A DNA stretch of 64,000 nt, from the IMG/VR virus record IMGVR_UViG_3300013131_000024, positions 32,001-96,000 of that record. The stretch is one strand, 5' to 3'. A program made the position numbers and the translations under genes. Within the stretch, counting starts at the first letter, position 1. Each line of letters begins with the position of its first letter. This stretch comes from a virus. The notes under the pieces are model-generated. The model was not told the origin of the DNA. It worked only from the letters and a program-made list of their open reading frames with translations, and made no database searches. Shown piece after piece: positions 18,350 to 25,397 of the stretch.

Positions 18350-18426
18350 GGCTCCGTAGTTCAGTCCGGCAGAACGTTGGTCTCCAAAACCAAATGTCGG
18401 TGGTTCAAATCCATCCGGGGTCGCCA
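18350..18426 (+). tRNA. tRNA-Trp(CCA)
   Basis: Cloverleaf, CCA. Confidence 0.9.
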
Positions 18427-18432
18427 AATGAT

Positions 18433-18509
18433 GTGAGGGTGCCAGAGAGGCCTAATGGCGCAGTCTGCAAAACTGTTGTTCGTCGGTTCGAATCCGACTC
18501 CTCACTCCA
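18433..18509 (+). tRNA. tRNA-Cys(GCA)
   Basis: Cloverleaf, U73, CCA. Confidence 0.9.
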
Positions 18510-18513
18510 GAAT

Positions 18514-18594
18514 GCCCCTATGGCCAAATTGGTAAAGGCGGCTCTCTCAAAAGGAGTGTCATAACTATCGGTTCGAATCCGATTAGGGGCACCA
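18514..18594 (+). tRNA. tRNA-Leu(CAA)
   Basis: Cloverleaf, reduced variable arm, CCA. Confidence 0.85.
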
Positions 18595-18602
18595 AAGATT
18601 AT

Positions 18603-18692
18603 GGAAGTGTGGCAGAGCCCGGCTTAATGCACCTGTCTTGAAAACAGACGATCCGAAAGGGTCCGTGAGTTCGAATCTCACCGCTTCCACCA
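18603..18692 (+). tRNA. tRNA-Ser(TGA)
   Basis: Cloverleaf, long variable arm, CCA. Confidence 0.9.
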
Positions 18693-18696
18693 AATT

Positions 18697-18770
18697 GCCC
18701 GGATAGTTAAATGGTATAACGGTCGCTTGATAAGCGATTATTCCAAGTTCAATTCTTGGTCTGGGCACCA
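18697..18770 (+). tRNA. tRNA-Ile(GAT)
   Basis: Cloverleaf, CCA. Confidence 0.9.
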
Positions 18771-18904
18771 ACCTTAAGGAGAACGCAAAATGGGGCGGTC
18801 GCAGTTTTACTCTTGCTGGTAGTATTGATATATTATATTGACAAAAATTTAAAATAGGAGAATGTTATGGAAAGTGATAAATCTGACAAAGGTCCCAAAC
18901 CTTT

Positions 18905-18979
18905 GGGGGTGTGGTGAAATGGTATCACAGCAGACTTTTAATCTGCCAATTTCGGGTTCGAGTCCCGGCGCCCCTACCA
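18905..18979 (+). tRNA. tRNA-Lys(TTT)
   Basis: Cloverleaf, CCA. Confidence 0.9.
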
Positions 18980-19045
18980 TATAAAAACACATTCTCTGCT
19001 GGGCATGAATCAGATTCTCTAGCGGGTATGAATGTGTTTCTATAT

Positions 19046-19120
19046 GGTAATGTAGCATAACGGTAGTGCAGCACCTTCATACGGTGCCCAGTGAAAGTTC
19101 GACTCTTTCCATTACCACCA
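19046..19120 (+). tRNA. tRNA(CAT): elongator Met, or lysidine-type Ile2
   Basis: Cloverleaf, G1-C72 paired, CCA. Confidence 0.85.
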
Positions 19121-19135
19121 GGATTAAATAAGTGT

Positions 19136-19381
19136 ATGAAAGAGCTACTGAAAAATCTGCCGCAGCTATTGGCTGCGATGCCAGAGCTAGTAAAGTACTT
19201 AAAATACATTCCAATCCTCATGATCCTCGCGGGCCTTGGCTACGGAGTAGTCTACTTCGTCCAGAATCGCAAGGATCCATATCAATGCGTTAACAATCAC
19301 GTCTTTGAACAGTTGAGATTAGACAGCGATGTCTATGTGTTCAAAGGCGGAACTTGTATCGATGCCAAAGATTTAAAATAA
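19136..19381 (+). CDS. Small membrane protein
   Basis: TAAATA upstream; one TM helix; two Cys. Confidence 0.7.
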   Translation: MKELLKNLPQLLAAMPELVKYLKYIPILMILAGLGYGVVYFVQNRKDPYQCVNNHVFEQLRLDSDVYVFKGGTCIDAKDLK

Positions 19382-19386
19382 ACTGT

Positions 19387-19460
19387 TGGGGTGTAGTGTA
19401 ATGGTAACACCACAGACTTTGACTCTGTAATTCTAGGTTCGAGCCCTAGCACCCCTGCCA
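19387..19460 (+). tRNA. tRNA-Gln(TTG)
   Basis: Cloverleaf, CCA. Confidence 0.9.
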
Positions 19461-19461
19461 T

Positions 19462-19535
19462 GCTCTTATAGTTAAATGGCAGAACACATCCTTGGTAAGG
19501 ATGCGATACAAGTTCGATTCTTGTTAGGAGCACCA
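19462..19535 (+). tRNA. tRNA-Thr(GGT)
   Basis: Cloverleaf, CCA. Confidence 0.9.
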
Positions 19536-19539
19536 TATT

Positions 19540-19614
19540 CGGCCTGTAGCTCAGTGGAAGAGTTCTGGTCTTCGAAACCAGCAGTCGGGAGTTCGAATCT
19601 CTCCAGGCCGGCCA
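19540..19614 (+). tRNA. tRNA-Arg(TCG)
   Basis: Cloverleaf, CCA. Confidence 0.85.
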
Positions 19615-19629
19615 TTTAAGGAGAAAACT

Positions 19630-19836
19630 ATGAAACCAACTTTATTCAAGAATCGTTTCAATAACGAGCGTTTTATCTGCGACAACCCTCGCTTGACCGA
19701 AAACATCGACGGTGTTGAATATGTTGTGGTCCATCGTCCTAATGAGCATCGTGAATTTAAAATGCGTCGTGATGCACTAGAAAAAATTAATGCGCCTGTA
19801 GCTCAGTCGGACCAGAGCACTACGCTACGAACGTAG
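19630..19836 (+). CDS. Hypothetical small protein whose 3' end overlaps tRNA-Arg(ACG)
   Basis: AAGGAG RBS. Confidence 0.7.
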   Translation: MKPTLFKNRFNNERFICDNPRLTENIDGVEYVVVHRPNEHREFKMRRDALEKINAPVAQSDQSTTLRT

Positions 19837-19869
19837 GGGTCGGAGGTTCGAATCCTTCCAGGCGTGCCA
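19792..19869 (+). tRNA. tRNA-Arg(ACG)
   Basis: Cloverleaf, CCA. Confidence 0.92.
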
Positions 19870-19875
19870 AACAAT

Positions 19876-19951
19876 GGTGTCCTTAATGTAGTGGCCTGCA
19901 TACTAGTCTGTGAAACTGGAAGTACCGGATCGATACCGGTAGGACACCCCA
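19876..19951 (+). tRNA. tRNA-His(GTG)
   Basis: G-1:C73, CCA; atypical T-loop ATCGATA. Confidence 0.85.
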
Positions 19952-19960
19952 AAAGAACAA

Positions 19961-20899
19961 TTAAAGATTTAAACAAAATTCTATTCGAATTTCTTTGTTG
20001 ATATGAGATACAAACAATTCATGTATATTAGAGGGCGGATCAAGTATTGTTCCTAAAGGTAGCTCTAACGGTAAATTACTTGGCAATCTTTCGTAAGATT
20101 TACACCACGATTGAAATCTTTTACTTGCATATAATCGTTTTCTTGTATAATCTATATCTATGGTAATACCGCCATTAGATCCGAGACGTCCTGTACAATC
20201 AAACTCGTTAGGATTATCTTCATCGTAAAATGATCGAAGAACACTTTTACCTAGAATGGATTGATCTAACAGCACCAAGTATTGATAAACTGAATATTTT
20301 TCATAATCATAATTTGCCAAAAAATCTTCTTGATCAAATTCTAACCAATTGTCAAATTGCAAATATCTATCAGTGGGCGTTATGTCAAAACTGGTAAATG
20401 GATATTTGGTTAAAGCATAATTTTTATTATCTGTAATAGTAATTTTTTCTAAAAGATGAACTGAATCATTGATTAAATTTATCAAGGAAAACCATTGATT
20501 ATAATCTATGAATTCTGGAATTGTGAATTTAGAATTATATACATTTTCCACAGATTTATTTAGGTGCAGAGTATCTCTAGCGAATAAAGCATTGTAAACA
20601 AAGAATCTGTGTAATTCATTTAGAATATTTTGATCGTAATTAAATTCTGTGGGAATCGTAGTAGGAAATTTTAAACCAAATCTTTCTAATTCTGATAAGG
20701 CAAATTGTATAAACTTCCAAGATTGTATAATTTGAGATTCGTGTATATAATATTCTTCTAATGATGCAAAATCTTTTTTACATTCATAAGATTGTTTTTT
20801 GCTATTAAAAAAATTAAACCATTTAAAATGCACTTTGTGATCTGTGAATATTCGAATCGCAATGTGTTGATCATTAAGAAAATGTAATTTTAAAAACAT
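19961..20899 (-). CDS. AT-rich hypothetical protein, antisense within the tRNA array
   Basis: 312-aa ORF; TAAATA on the minus strand just upstream. Confidence 0.75.
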   Translation of the reverse strand: MFLKLHFLNDQHIAIRIFTDHKVHFKWFNFFNSKKQSYECKKDFASLEEYYIHESQIIQSWKFIQFALSELERFGLKFPTTIPTEFNYDQNILNELHRFFVYNALFARDTLHLNKSVENVYNSKFTIPEFIDYNQWFSLINLINDSVHLLEKITITDNKNYALTKYPFTSFDITPTDRYLQFDNWLEFDQEDFLANYDYEKYSVYQYLVLLDQSILGKSVLRSFYDEDNPNEFDCTGRLGSNGGITIDIDYTRKRLYASKRFQSWCKSYERLPSNLPLELPLGTILDPPSNIHELFVSHINKEIRIEFCLNL

Positions 20900-20922
20900 A
20901 AATTATTTAATATCATCGCTTC

Positions 20923-20998
20923 GCCAACTTAGCTGATGTGGTCATAGCGGCGGTCTGAAGAACCGTGGAAAGACGTTCGATTCGTCTAGTTGGCACCA
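20923..20998 (+). tRNA. tRNA-Phe(GAA)
   Basis: Cloverleaf, CCA. Confidence 0.9.
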
Positions 20999-21001
20999 CA
21001 T

Positions 21002-21079
21002 GCGGATGTGATGGAATTTGGTATACATATCAGACTTAAAATCTGAGTTCTGAGGGTTCGAATCCCTCCATCCGCACCA
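21002..21079 (+). tRNA. tRNA-Leu(TAA), short variable loop
   Basis: Cloverleaf, CCA. Confidence 0.88.
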
Positions 21080-21084
21080 AACAT

Positions 21085-21156
21085 GCCTCTGCCGATGGAG
21101 CGGTGCCAGGTCTTCTAAACCAGGTTATGGGAGTTCGAATCTCTCCAGAGGCGCCA
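21085..21156 (+). tRNA. tRNA-Arg(TCT), shortened D arm
   Basis: Acceptor and T arms perfect; one anticodon-stem mismatch; CCA. Confidence 0.7.
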
Positions 21157-21164
21157 TATATCAG

Positions 21165-21193
21165 TTGACAAAGCATAGAATAGACTATATAAT
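21165..21193 (+). promoter_or_regulatory. sigma70 consensus promoter
   Basis: TTGACA-17-TATAAT. Confidence 0.85.
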
Positions 21194-21226
21194 ATACTTT
21201 GTTCATTAAAAATTTCTAGTTGTTAT

Positions 21227-21254
21227 GCCCCGGTGGTGGAATGGTAGACACGCT
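21227..21254 (+). pseudogene. Orphan 5' fragment of a tRNA-Leu
   Basis: gccccgg-tg-gtggaatggtagacac-gct matches a Leu acceptor 5' strand plus D arm, then breaks off. Confidence 0.75.
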
Positions 21255-21282
21255 TTTCTGTGTGTTTAGCATAAATAAATGT

Positions 21283-21726
21283 ATGAAAAACATTTATGAA
21301 TACATTTCACTCCCGAGGGTTGAAAGACAGTCTCATCTCAAATTGGATGAGCCGTGTCTAGAAAGAGGAGCAGGTAGTTATTATTTCAAAGGGCTTTTAG
21401 CTCATTGTTTAGATACTACAGTTCCTACAGGACATAAGATACATTTATGTCATGCTTGTCATAACGGTGCTTGTGGTAATCCCAATCATATGTATTGGGG
21501 TACAGCACAAGAAAATCGTTTAGATCAAGTTGAAAATAACGGCAAAACAATTTGGGAGAGAACTGTCGAAAAACACGGCTTAGAAAAAGCGAAAGCTATG
21601 AACAAACGTGTTGGAAATAAAAATGGTTCTGGCAATAAGGGTAAACCTAAAAGCGAGGAACATAAAGCAAAAATTGCCGCAAACCGTAAAGGTGGGCGAC
21701 AAAAGAAACATGCGGACGTGATGTAA
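21283..21726 (+). mobile_element. HNH/His-Cys-type homing endonuclease with NUMOD3-like tail
   Basis: CHACHNGACGNPNH...GTAQEN; KGKPKSEEHKAKIA. Confidence 0.85.
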
Positions 21727-21795
21727 CTGGTAGCCATGCGAGTCTTAGAAGCTCGTGCCTTGTGCGTGTGAGTTCGAGTCTCACCGTCCGCACCA
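21712..21795 (+). tRNA. tRNA-Leu(TAG)
   Basis: Cloverleaf with variable arm, CCA; 5' end overlaps the endonuclease stop. Confidence 0.9.
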
Positions 21796-21800
21796 AGTTT

Positions 21801-21831
21801 GCCCTATGGACTTAACCGACCTGGGGCACCA
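21801..21831 (+). other. tRNA microhelix-like remnant ending in ACCA
   Basis: gcccta/tggggc stem followed by ACCA. Confidence 0.5.
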
Positions 21832-21995
21832 TTAAAAAATAGCATTAGCGGGTATCGCTTGTGGACGCACAGGCTCACGAAGATTAGGGCCATCTACTTC
21901 TTCTGAAAAAACCGTGGACAATGGCTTATGAGGAGAATCGAACTCCACTCAGAAATCCGTCCCATCCCGTAGGGTGTAATGTTATTCTTTAATGG
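21829..21995 (+). ncRNA. Candidate ~165-nt structured RNA
   Basis: 19-bp closing stem (one A-C mismatch); inner gcggg/cccgt and ggacg/cgtcc pairings; no ORF in the track. Confidence 0.55.
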
Positions 21996-22006
21996 TAAAG
22001 TTTTTT

Positions 22007-22085
22007 CCGGGTGTAGCTTAGTCTGGCTTAAAGCGCCTGCTTTGGGAGCAGGAGATCGTGAGTTCGAATCCCACTTCCCGGACCA
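22007..22085 (+). tRNA. tRNA-Pro(TGG)
   Basis: Cloverleaf, CCA (some stem mismatches). Confidence 0.85.
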
Positions 22086-22091
22086 GTAAAT

Positions 22092-22166
22092 GCATCGTTA
22101 GTTCAGCGGTAGAACGTCGTCCTTACAAGGCGAATGTCAGTGGTTCGACTCCATTACGATGCACCA
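22092..22166 (+). tRNA. tRNA-Val(TAC)
   Basis: Cloverleaf, CCA. Confidence 0.9.
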
Positions 22167-22171
22167 ATGCC

Positions 22172-22263
22172 GGAAGGATGGCTGAGAGGCTTAAGGCAGC
22201 AGGTTGCTAACCTGTCGATTCGGGTAACTGGGTCCGAGGGTTCGAATCCCTCTTCTTCCACCA
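22172..22263 (+). tRNA. tRNA-Ser(GCT)
   Basis: Cloverleaf, long variable arm, CCA. Confidence 0.9.
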
Positions 22264-22282
22264 ATTTTAAAAAGGAAACTAA

Positions 22283-22462
22283 ATGTTAAGACCAACCGCA
22301 AATTACAAGATGTCCAAACCTACCAAAACTATGTTGGCATCGAGAAGATTTAATTCAGAAACACAAAGACATGACTGGAAAAGATCTATGATTCAGGCTG
22401 AATTAGCTGCTCTTATTCAACCTAAAAGAGAAAAAGGTCGTCGAGAGAACAAAGGTGAATAA
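22283..22462 (+). CDS. 59-aa basic protein (MLRPTANYKMSKPTK...)
   Basis: AAGGA RBS; read manually. Confidence 0.65.
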   Translation: MLRPTANYKMSKPTKTMLASRRFNSETQRHDWKRSMIQAELAALIQPKREKGRRENKGE

Positions 22463-22463
22463 C

Positions 22464-22646
22464 ATGGAAGATTCTCAAAATATTAAAAGAACCGGAACTT
22501 GTGGTTGTGGGCGATCACCAACTGGTGATTGTATTGGTTGGCACAGTCTATCTGAAGATATGTATCAACATCAAAAACTGCTTTGGATAGAAGAAGAAAT
22601 GCGTAAAGATCAGGAAGCAGCACACTTAAAGGAGACTGGCAGATGA
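22464..22646 (+). CDS. Small CDGSH-like Fe-S/Zn-binding protein
   Basis: CGCGRSPTGDCIGWH resembles the CDGSH 3Cys-1His motif. Confidence 0.55.
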   Translation: MEDSQNIKRTGTCGCGRSPTGDCIGWHSLSEDMYQHQKLLWIEEEMRKDQEAAHLKETGR

Positions 22647-22840
22647 GAGATAAACTGATAGATGCATTGAGAGTTCATTTTGCAGGTAATTTGTTAAAAC
22701 ATAAAATGAATGTAGAAGTTATGTTAAATAATCCAATCGCAATCCATGATCATACTGATTGGATGACTGCTATCGAATCGGAGATTGCACAAATAGCAGA
22801 ATACGAAGATAAATTAGAAGTATTGAATAAACATTTTTAA
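22643..22840 (+). CDS. Hypothetical small protein
   Basis: GGAG RBS; ATGA overlap. Confidence 0.7.
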   Translation: MRDKLIDALRVHFAGNLLKHKMNVEVMLNNPIAIHDHTDWMTAIESEIAQIAEYEDKLEVLNKHF

Positions 22841-22843
22841 ATT

Positions 22844-22917
22844 GGGGGATTAGTTAAATGGGATAACATCGGCTTTGCAAGCCGAGATTGAGAGTTCGAT
22901 TCTCTCATCCTCCACCA
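22844..22917 (+). tRNA. tRNA-Ala(TGC)
   Basis: Cloverleaf, G3:U70, CCA. Confidence 0.92.
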
Positions 22918-22921
22918 ATAT

Positions 22922-22995
22922 GCCCTTTTAGTATAATGGTAATACAGTGGATTTGTAATCCTCTGATGGCAGTTCGATTCTGTCAAGGGGCACCA
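22922..22995 (+). tRNA. tRNA-Thr(TGT)
   Basis: Cloverleaf, CCA. Confidence 0.9.
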
Positions 22996-23011
22996 AGATT
23001 ACCAAAATGTC

Positions 23012-23039
23012 TTGACACAGACACAAAACAGTGTATAAT
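23012..23039 (+). promoter_or_regulatory. sigma70-like promoter
   Basis: TTGACA-16-TATAAT. Confidence 0.75.
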
Positions 23040-23046
23040 AAGTTTT

Positions 23047-23320
23047 GTTGTGTAGCAATACACAACCGGTGAAGTGAAAGGTAGATGAGGATAGACGCCT
23101 AGTATGGTTTCATACCATACGAACTTATCTGGCAAAGACGACTTGAAAACGTCTCCGTGCTTGAGTGAGCTGATCCAAATATCTTTAACTAGACTGTCAA
23201 TTGCTGATCGGAAATATTCAGGTCTCTGTAGCCTGTCTATTGCACGTTGTCCAGACCGACGATATCGCACAATAGGTCTTGTCAATTGTCCGGTCTATTA
23301 CTTGACCTTTCATCGATCCG
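23047..23320 (+). ncRNA. Candidate ~270-nt structured RNA or long 5' leader
   Basis: GCAA-tetraloop hairpin; long-range gtgaaaggt/acctttcat and atagac/gtctat pairings; several inner hairpins. Confidence 0.55.
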
Positions 23321-23349
23321 TCATTATAATTGTAAAAAGAGAGACACAA

Positions 23350-23922
23350 ATGAATATCACACTACGCAAAGCAAATGCAGTACAAAACAGCATCAATGAT
23401 GCACTAAAAAACATTAAGGTTGATCTTAATGTTGAGATTAACGAGTTTCAAAATATCGAAGATGTTATTGGCAAAGCCAATAACACTTTGGTCGAAAATG
23501 ATGCACGTCGTCAAAAGTTGACTATGGCTTTGTACAATATCCGTGCTTTAGTAGGTACTGCAAATGCTGCGAGTGGAATTGACACTGCGCTGGCCAAGGC
23601 AGCGTTCATCGATAAACGTATTGGCCAATTAGAGCAATTGGCGAGCTCTACTGAGATGACTTCTTTAGAAATCATTAAAGGCAAGATTGAAAAGATCAAA
23701 AGTCTCAAGGACGAAGCTCGTAGCCGTATCTATGGCTATGGAGACACGGTAACAACTTCTGTTCTCAGCAAAGAACAGATCGCACAGGCCAAATCAGAAA
23801 TCCTTAATCTGAAAAAGCAAAAGCAAAAGCTCAACGATGAGATCCTTGAGCTGAATATCAAAACCGATATTCCATTATCAGATGATACTGTAGAATTACT
23901 ACAAACAGAAGGATTACTATGA
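23350..23922 (+). CDS. All-helical coiled-coil protein
   Basis: ATG 23350 (MNITLRKANAVQ); the longer ORF-track extension overlaps the structured RNA. Confidence 0.8.
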   Translation: MNITLRKANAVQNSINDALKNIKVDLNVEINEFQNIEDVIGKANNTLVENDARRQKLTMALYNIRALVGTANAASGIDTALAKAAFIDKRIGQLEQLASSTEMTSLEIIKGKIEKIKSLKDEARSRIYGYGDTVTTSVLSKEQIAQAKSEILNLKKQKQKLNDEILELNIKTDIPLSDDTVELLQTEGLL

Positions 23923-23928
23923 TATTGC

Positions 23929-24002
23929 CGCGGGTTATAGAAAAGGCATCTTACCAGTCTCATAAGCTGGAGTTGGGGGTTCGAGTCCCTCACCCGCAAC
24001 CA
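23929..24002 (+). tRNA. Initiator-like tRNA-fMet(CAT)
   Basis: C1:A72 mismatch, CCA; lacks the three consecutive G-C anticodon-stem pairs. Confidence 0.8.
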
Positions 24003-24031
24003 GTTATAGATAAAGATACTTATTTGAATAA

Positions 24032-24520
24032 ATGAATATCGCAATAATAATCGATTGTTGGAAAGATACACCAACTACATTGCATCATATAATTCTCTCT
24101 AAAATATTTAGATCGACAAGATTCGTTTATTTAAATATTAAGAAATTTTTAAGTTCAGATTTAATAGATGTAATAATTATTTCTTCCTACGACGACAAAG
24201 ATACTACTCCTACTATTTTAAACATAGACAAGAAAAAATTCTTTTTTTTACACGAAGAACAATTAATAGAATTTTTAAAAAATAATTCAGTTAAAAATAT
24301 CTATATGTGTGGTTGTGCCTGGGATAGTTGTGTAAGAGATCGTCCTCTTGGTTATTTGAATGTCTATAAAATTATTAATTCATTGAACTTAGATATTAGT
24401 GTTTTAGTAAAATATAACTGTGTTAAAAACTTAGATGACACATATTTTGTAAAATCAAAAAATGATGACTGGGTAAAAACCAGTGTAAAAAATATTTTTA
24501 AATACTATCCAAAATGTTAA
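24032..24520 (+). CDS. Isochorismatase/cysteine-hydrolase-like protein
   Basis: IIIDCW and IYMCGCAWDSCV motifs. Confidence 0.55.
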   Translation: MNIAIIIDCWKDTPTTLHHIILSKIFRSTRFVYLNIKKFLSSDLIDVIIISSYDDKDTTPTILNIDKKKFFFLHEEQLIEFLKNNSVKNIYMCGCAWDSCVRDRPLGYLNVYKIINSLNLDISVLVKYNCVKNLDDTYFVKSKNDDWVKTSVKNIFKYYPKC

Positions 24521-24527
24521 AGAATAT

Positions 24528-24597
24528 GTGGGAGTAGCTCGGTTGGTAGAGCATTTGCCTTTCAAGCAAGATGTCGTGAGTTCAAGTCTCGCAACCA
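24528..24597 (+). pseudogene. Decayed copy of tRNA-Gly(TCC); anticodon now TTC, acceptor 3' strand lost
   Basis: Near-identical to 24695-24770 over D, anticodon and variable regions. Confidence 0.8.
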
Positions 24598-24602
24598 ATT
24601 AG

Positions 24603-24677
24603 CTCGCTGTAGTTCAATGGACAGAACGATTCTCTCCTAAAGAATAAATCCAGGTTCGATTCCCGGTGGCGAGGCCA
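24603..24677 (+). tRNA. tRNA-Arg(CCT)
   Basis: Cloverleaf, CCA. Confidence 0.88.
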
Positions 24678-24694
24678 GTGTTAAATAGTTTTAT

Positions 24695-24770
24695 GCGGGT
24701 GTAGCTCAGTTGGTAGAGCACTTGCCTTCCAAGCAAGATGTCGAGAGTTCGAGACTCTTCGCCCGCTCCA
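24695..24770 (+). tRNA. tRNA-Gly(TCC)
   Basis: Cloverleaf, CCA. Confidence 0.92.
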
Positions 24771-24775
24771 AATAT

Positions 24776-25351
24776 ATGCAAGTAATAGACTATAACGATA
24801 CATTCCGTAAGTTTGATTTCAGTTCTGTTATAACAGCGGCTGATAACGATGTTGCTATAGGAATCGTGAAAAATATCATCGCAGATGGCAATTATTTTAC
24901 CAACAGTCCAAAATATCAAACTAAAGAAAACATCTTCAAAAGAAAAGAAACTGTATGGTTGAAATACCGTATGAGTTTTTTGTTTTCAGTTTTTATGTAC
25001 CTAGGTCGTGAAGTAAAAGTTTCTAACATGATGGCCTGGTCATTCATGACTAATTTAGAGGGTGCCGAAGACCGTGAAAAATTATGGCACCATCATTGGC
25101 ATCCTTCCAGACCAGATGCTAAGATGATGAGTGGAGTTTTTTATCTGCATATCCCCGACGATGTCAAAGACAGAGATTATGCAGGCACAGAAATGGCACC
25201 AAACGGCATAGATGCAGATGGAAAGTTTTTTGTCCGCCCTGCAGACTATCAATGGCTTATATATCCCAGCGATCAATGGCATAGACCCGGCATCGTCCAA
25301 AGTAACCAATACAGATTCGTGTTGGCAGCAGACGTAGAATATTACGATTGA
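24776..25351 (+). CDS. 2OG-Fe(II) oxygenase-like protein
   Basis: HxH...SGVFYL...YPS-x3-H...R pattern. Confidence 0.7.
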   Translation: MQVIDYNDTFRKFDFSSVITAADNDVAIGIVKNIIADGNYFTNSPKYQTKENIFKRKETVWLKYRMSFLFSVFMYLGREVKVSNMMAWSFMTNLEGAEDREKLWHHHWHPSRPDAKMMSGVFYLHIPDDVKDRDYAGTEMAPNGIDADGKFFVRPADYQWLIYPSDQWHRPGIVQSNQYRFVLAADVEYYD

Positions 25352-25397
25352 CAACAGCACTTTTTGGTGCTATAATACAACATCAAGGAGTGAAAAA

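Noticed and set aside
18514-18594. Possible Sec/opal suppressor tRNA (TCA in the loop region)
   Set aside because: The stem gctct/ggagt centres CAA in the 7-nt loop, so it is Leu, and there is no Sec-type long arm.
18790-18857. Possible membrane mini-gene (…AVAVLLLLVVLIYYIDKNLK) after an AAGGAG RBS
   Set aside because: The ATG at 18790 is out of frame with the hydrophobic stretch and gives only MGRSQFYSCW. It may be a frameshifted remnant or a sequence error, so it cannot be supported.
16999-24919. Many short ORF-track entries across the tRNA array (e.g. 17014-17226, 17221-17403, 18167-18427, 18583-18771, 19333-19536, 24614-24919) and N-terminal extensions at 19091, 21220, 23104 and 24710
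   Set aside because: They are shadows of tRNA genes or structured RNA, lack RBSs, and better starts exist downstream.
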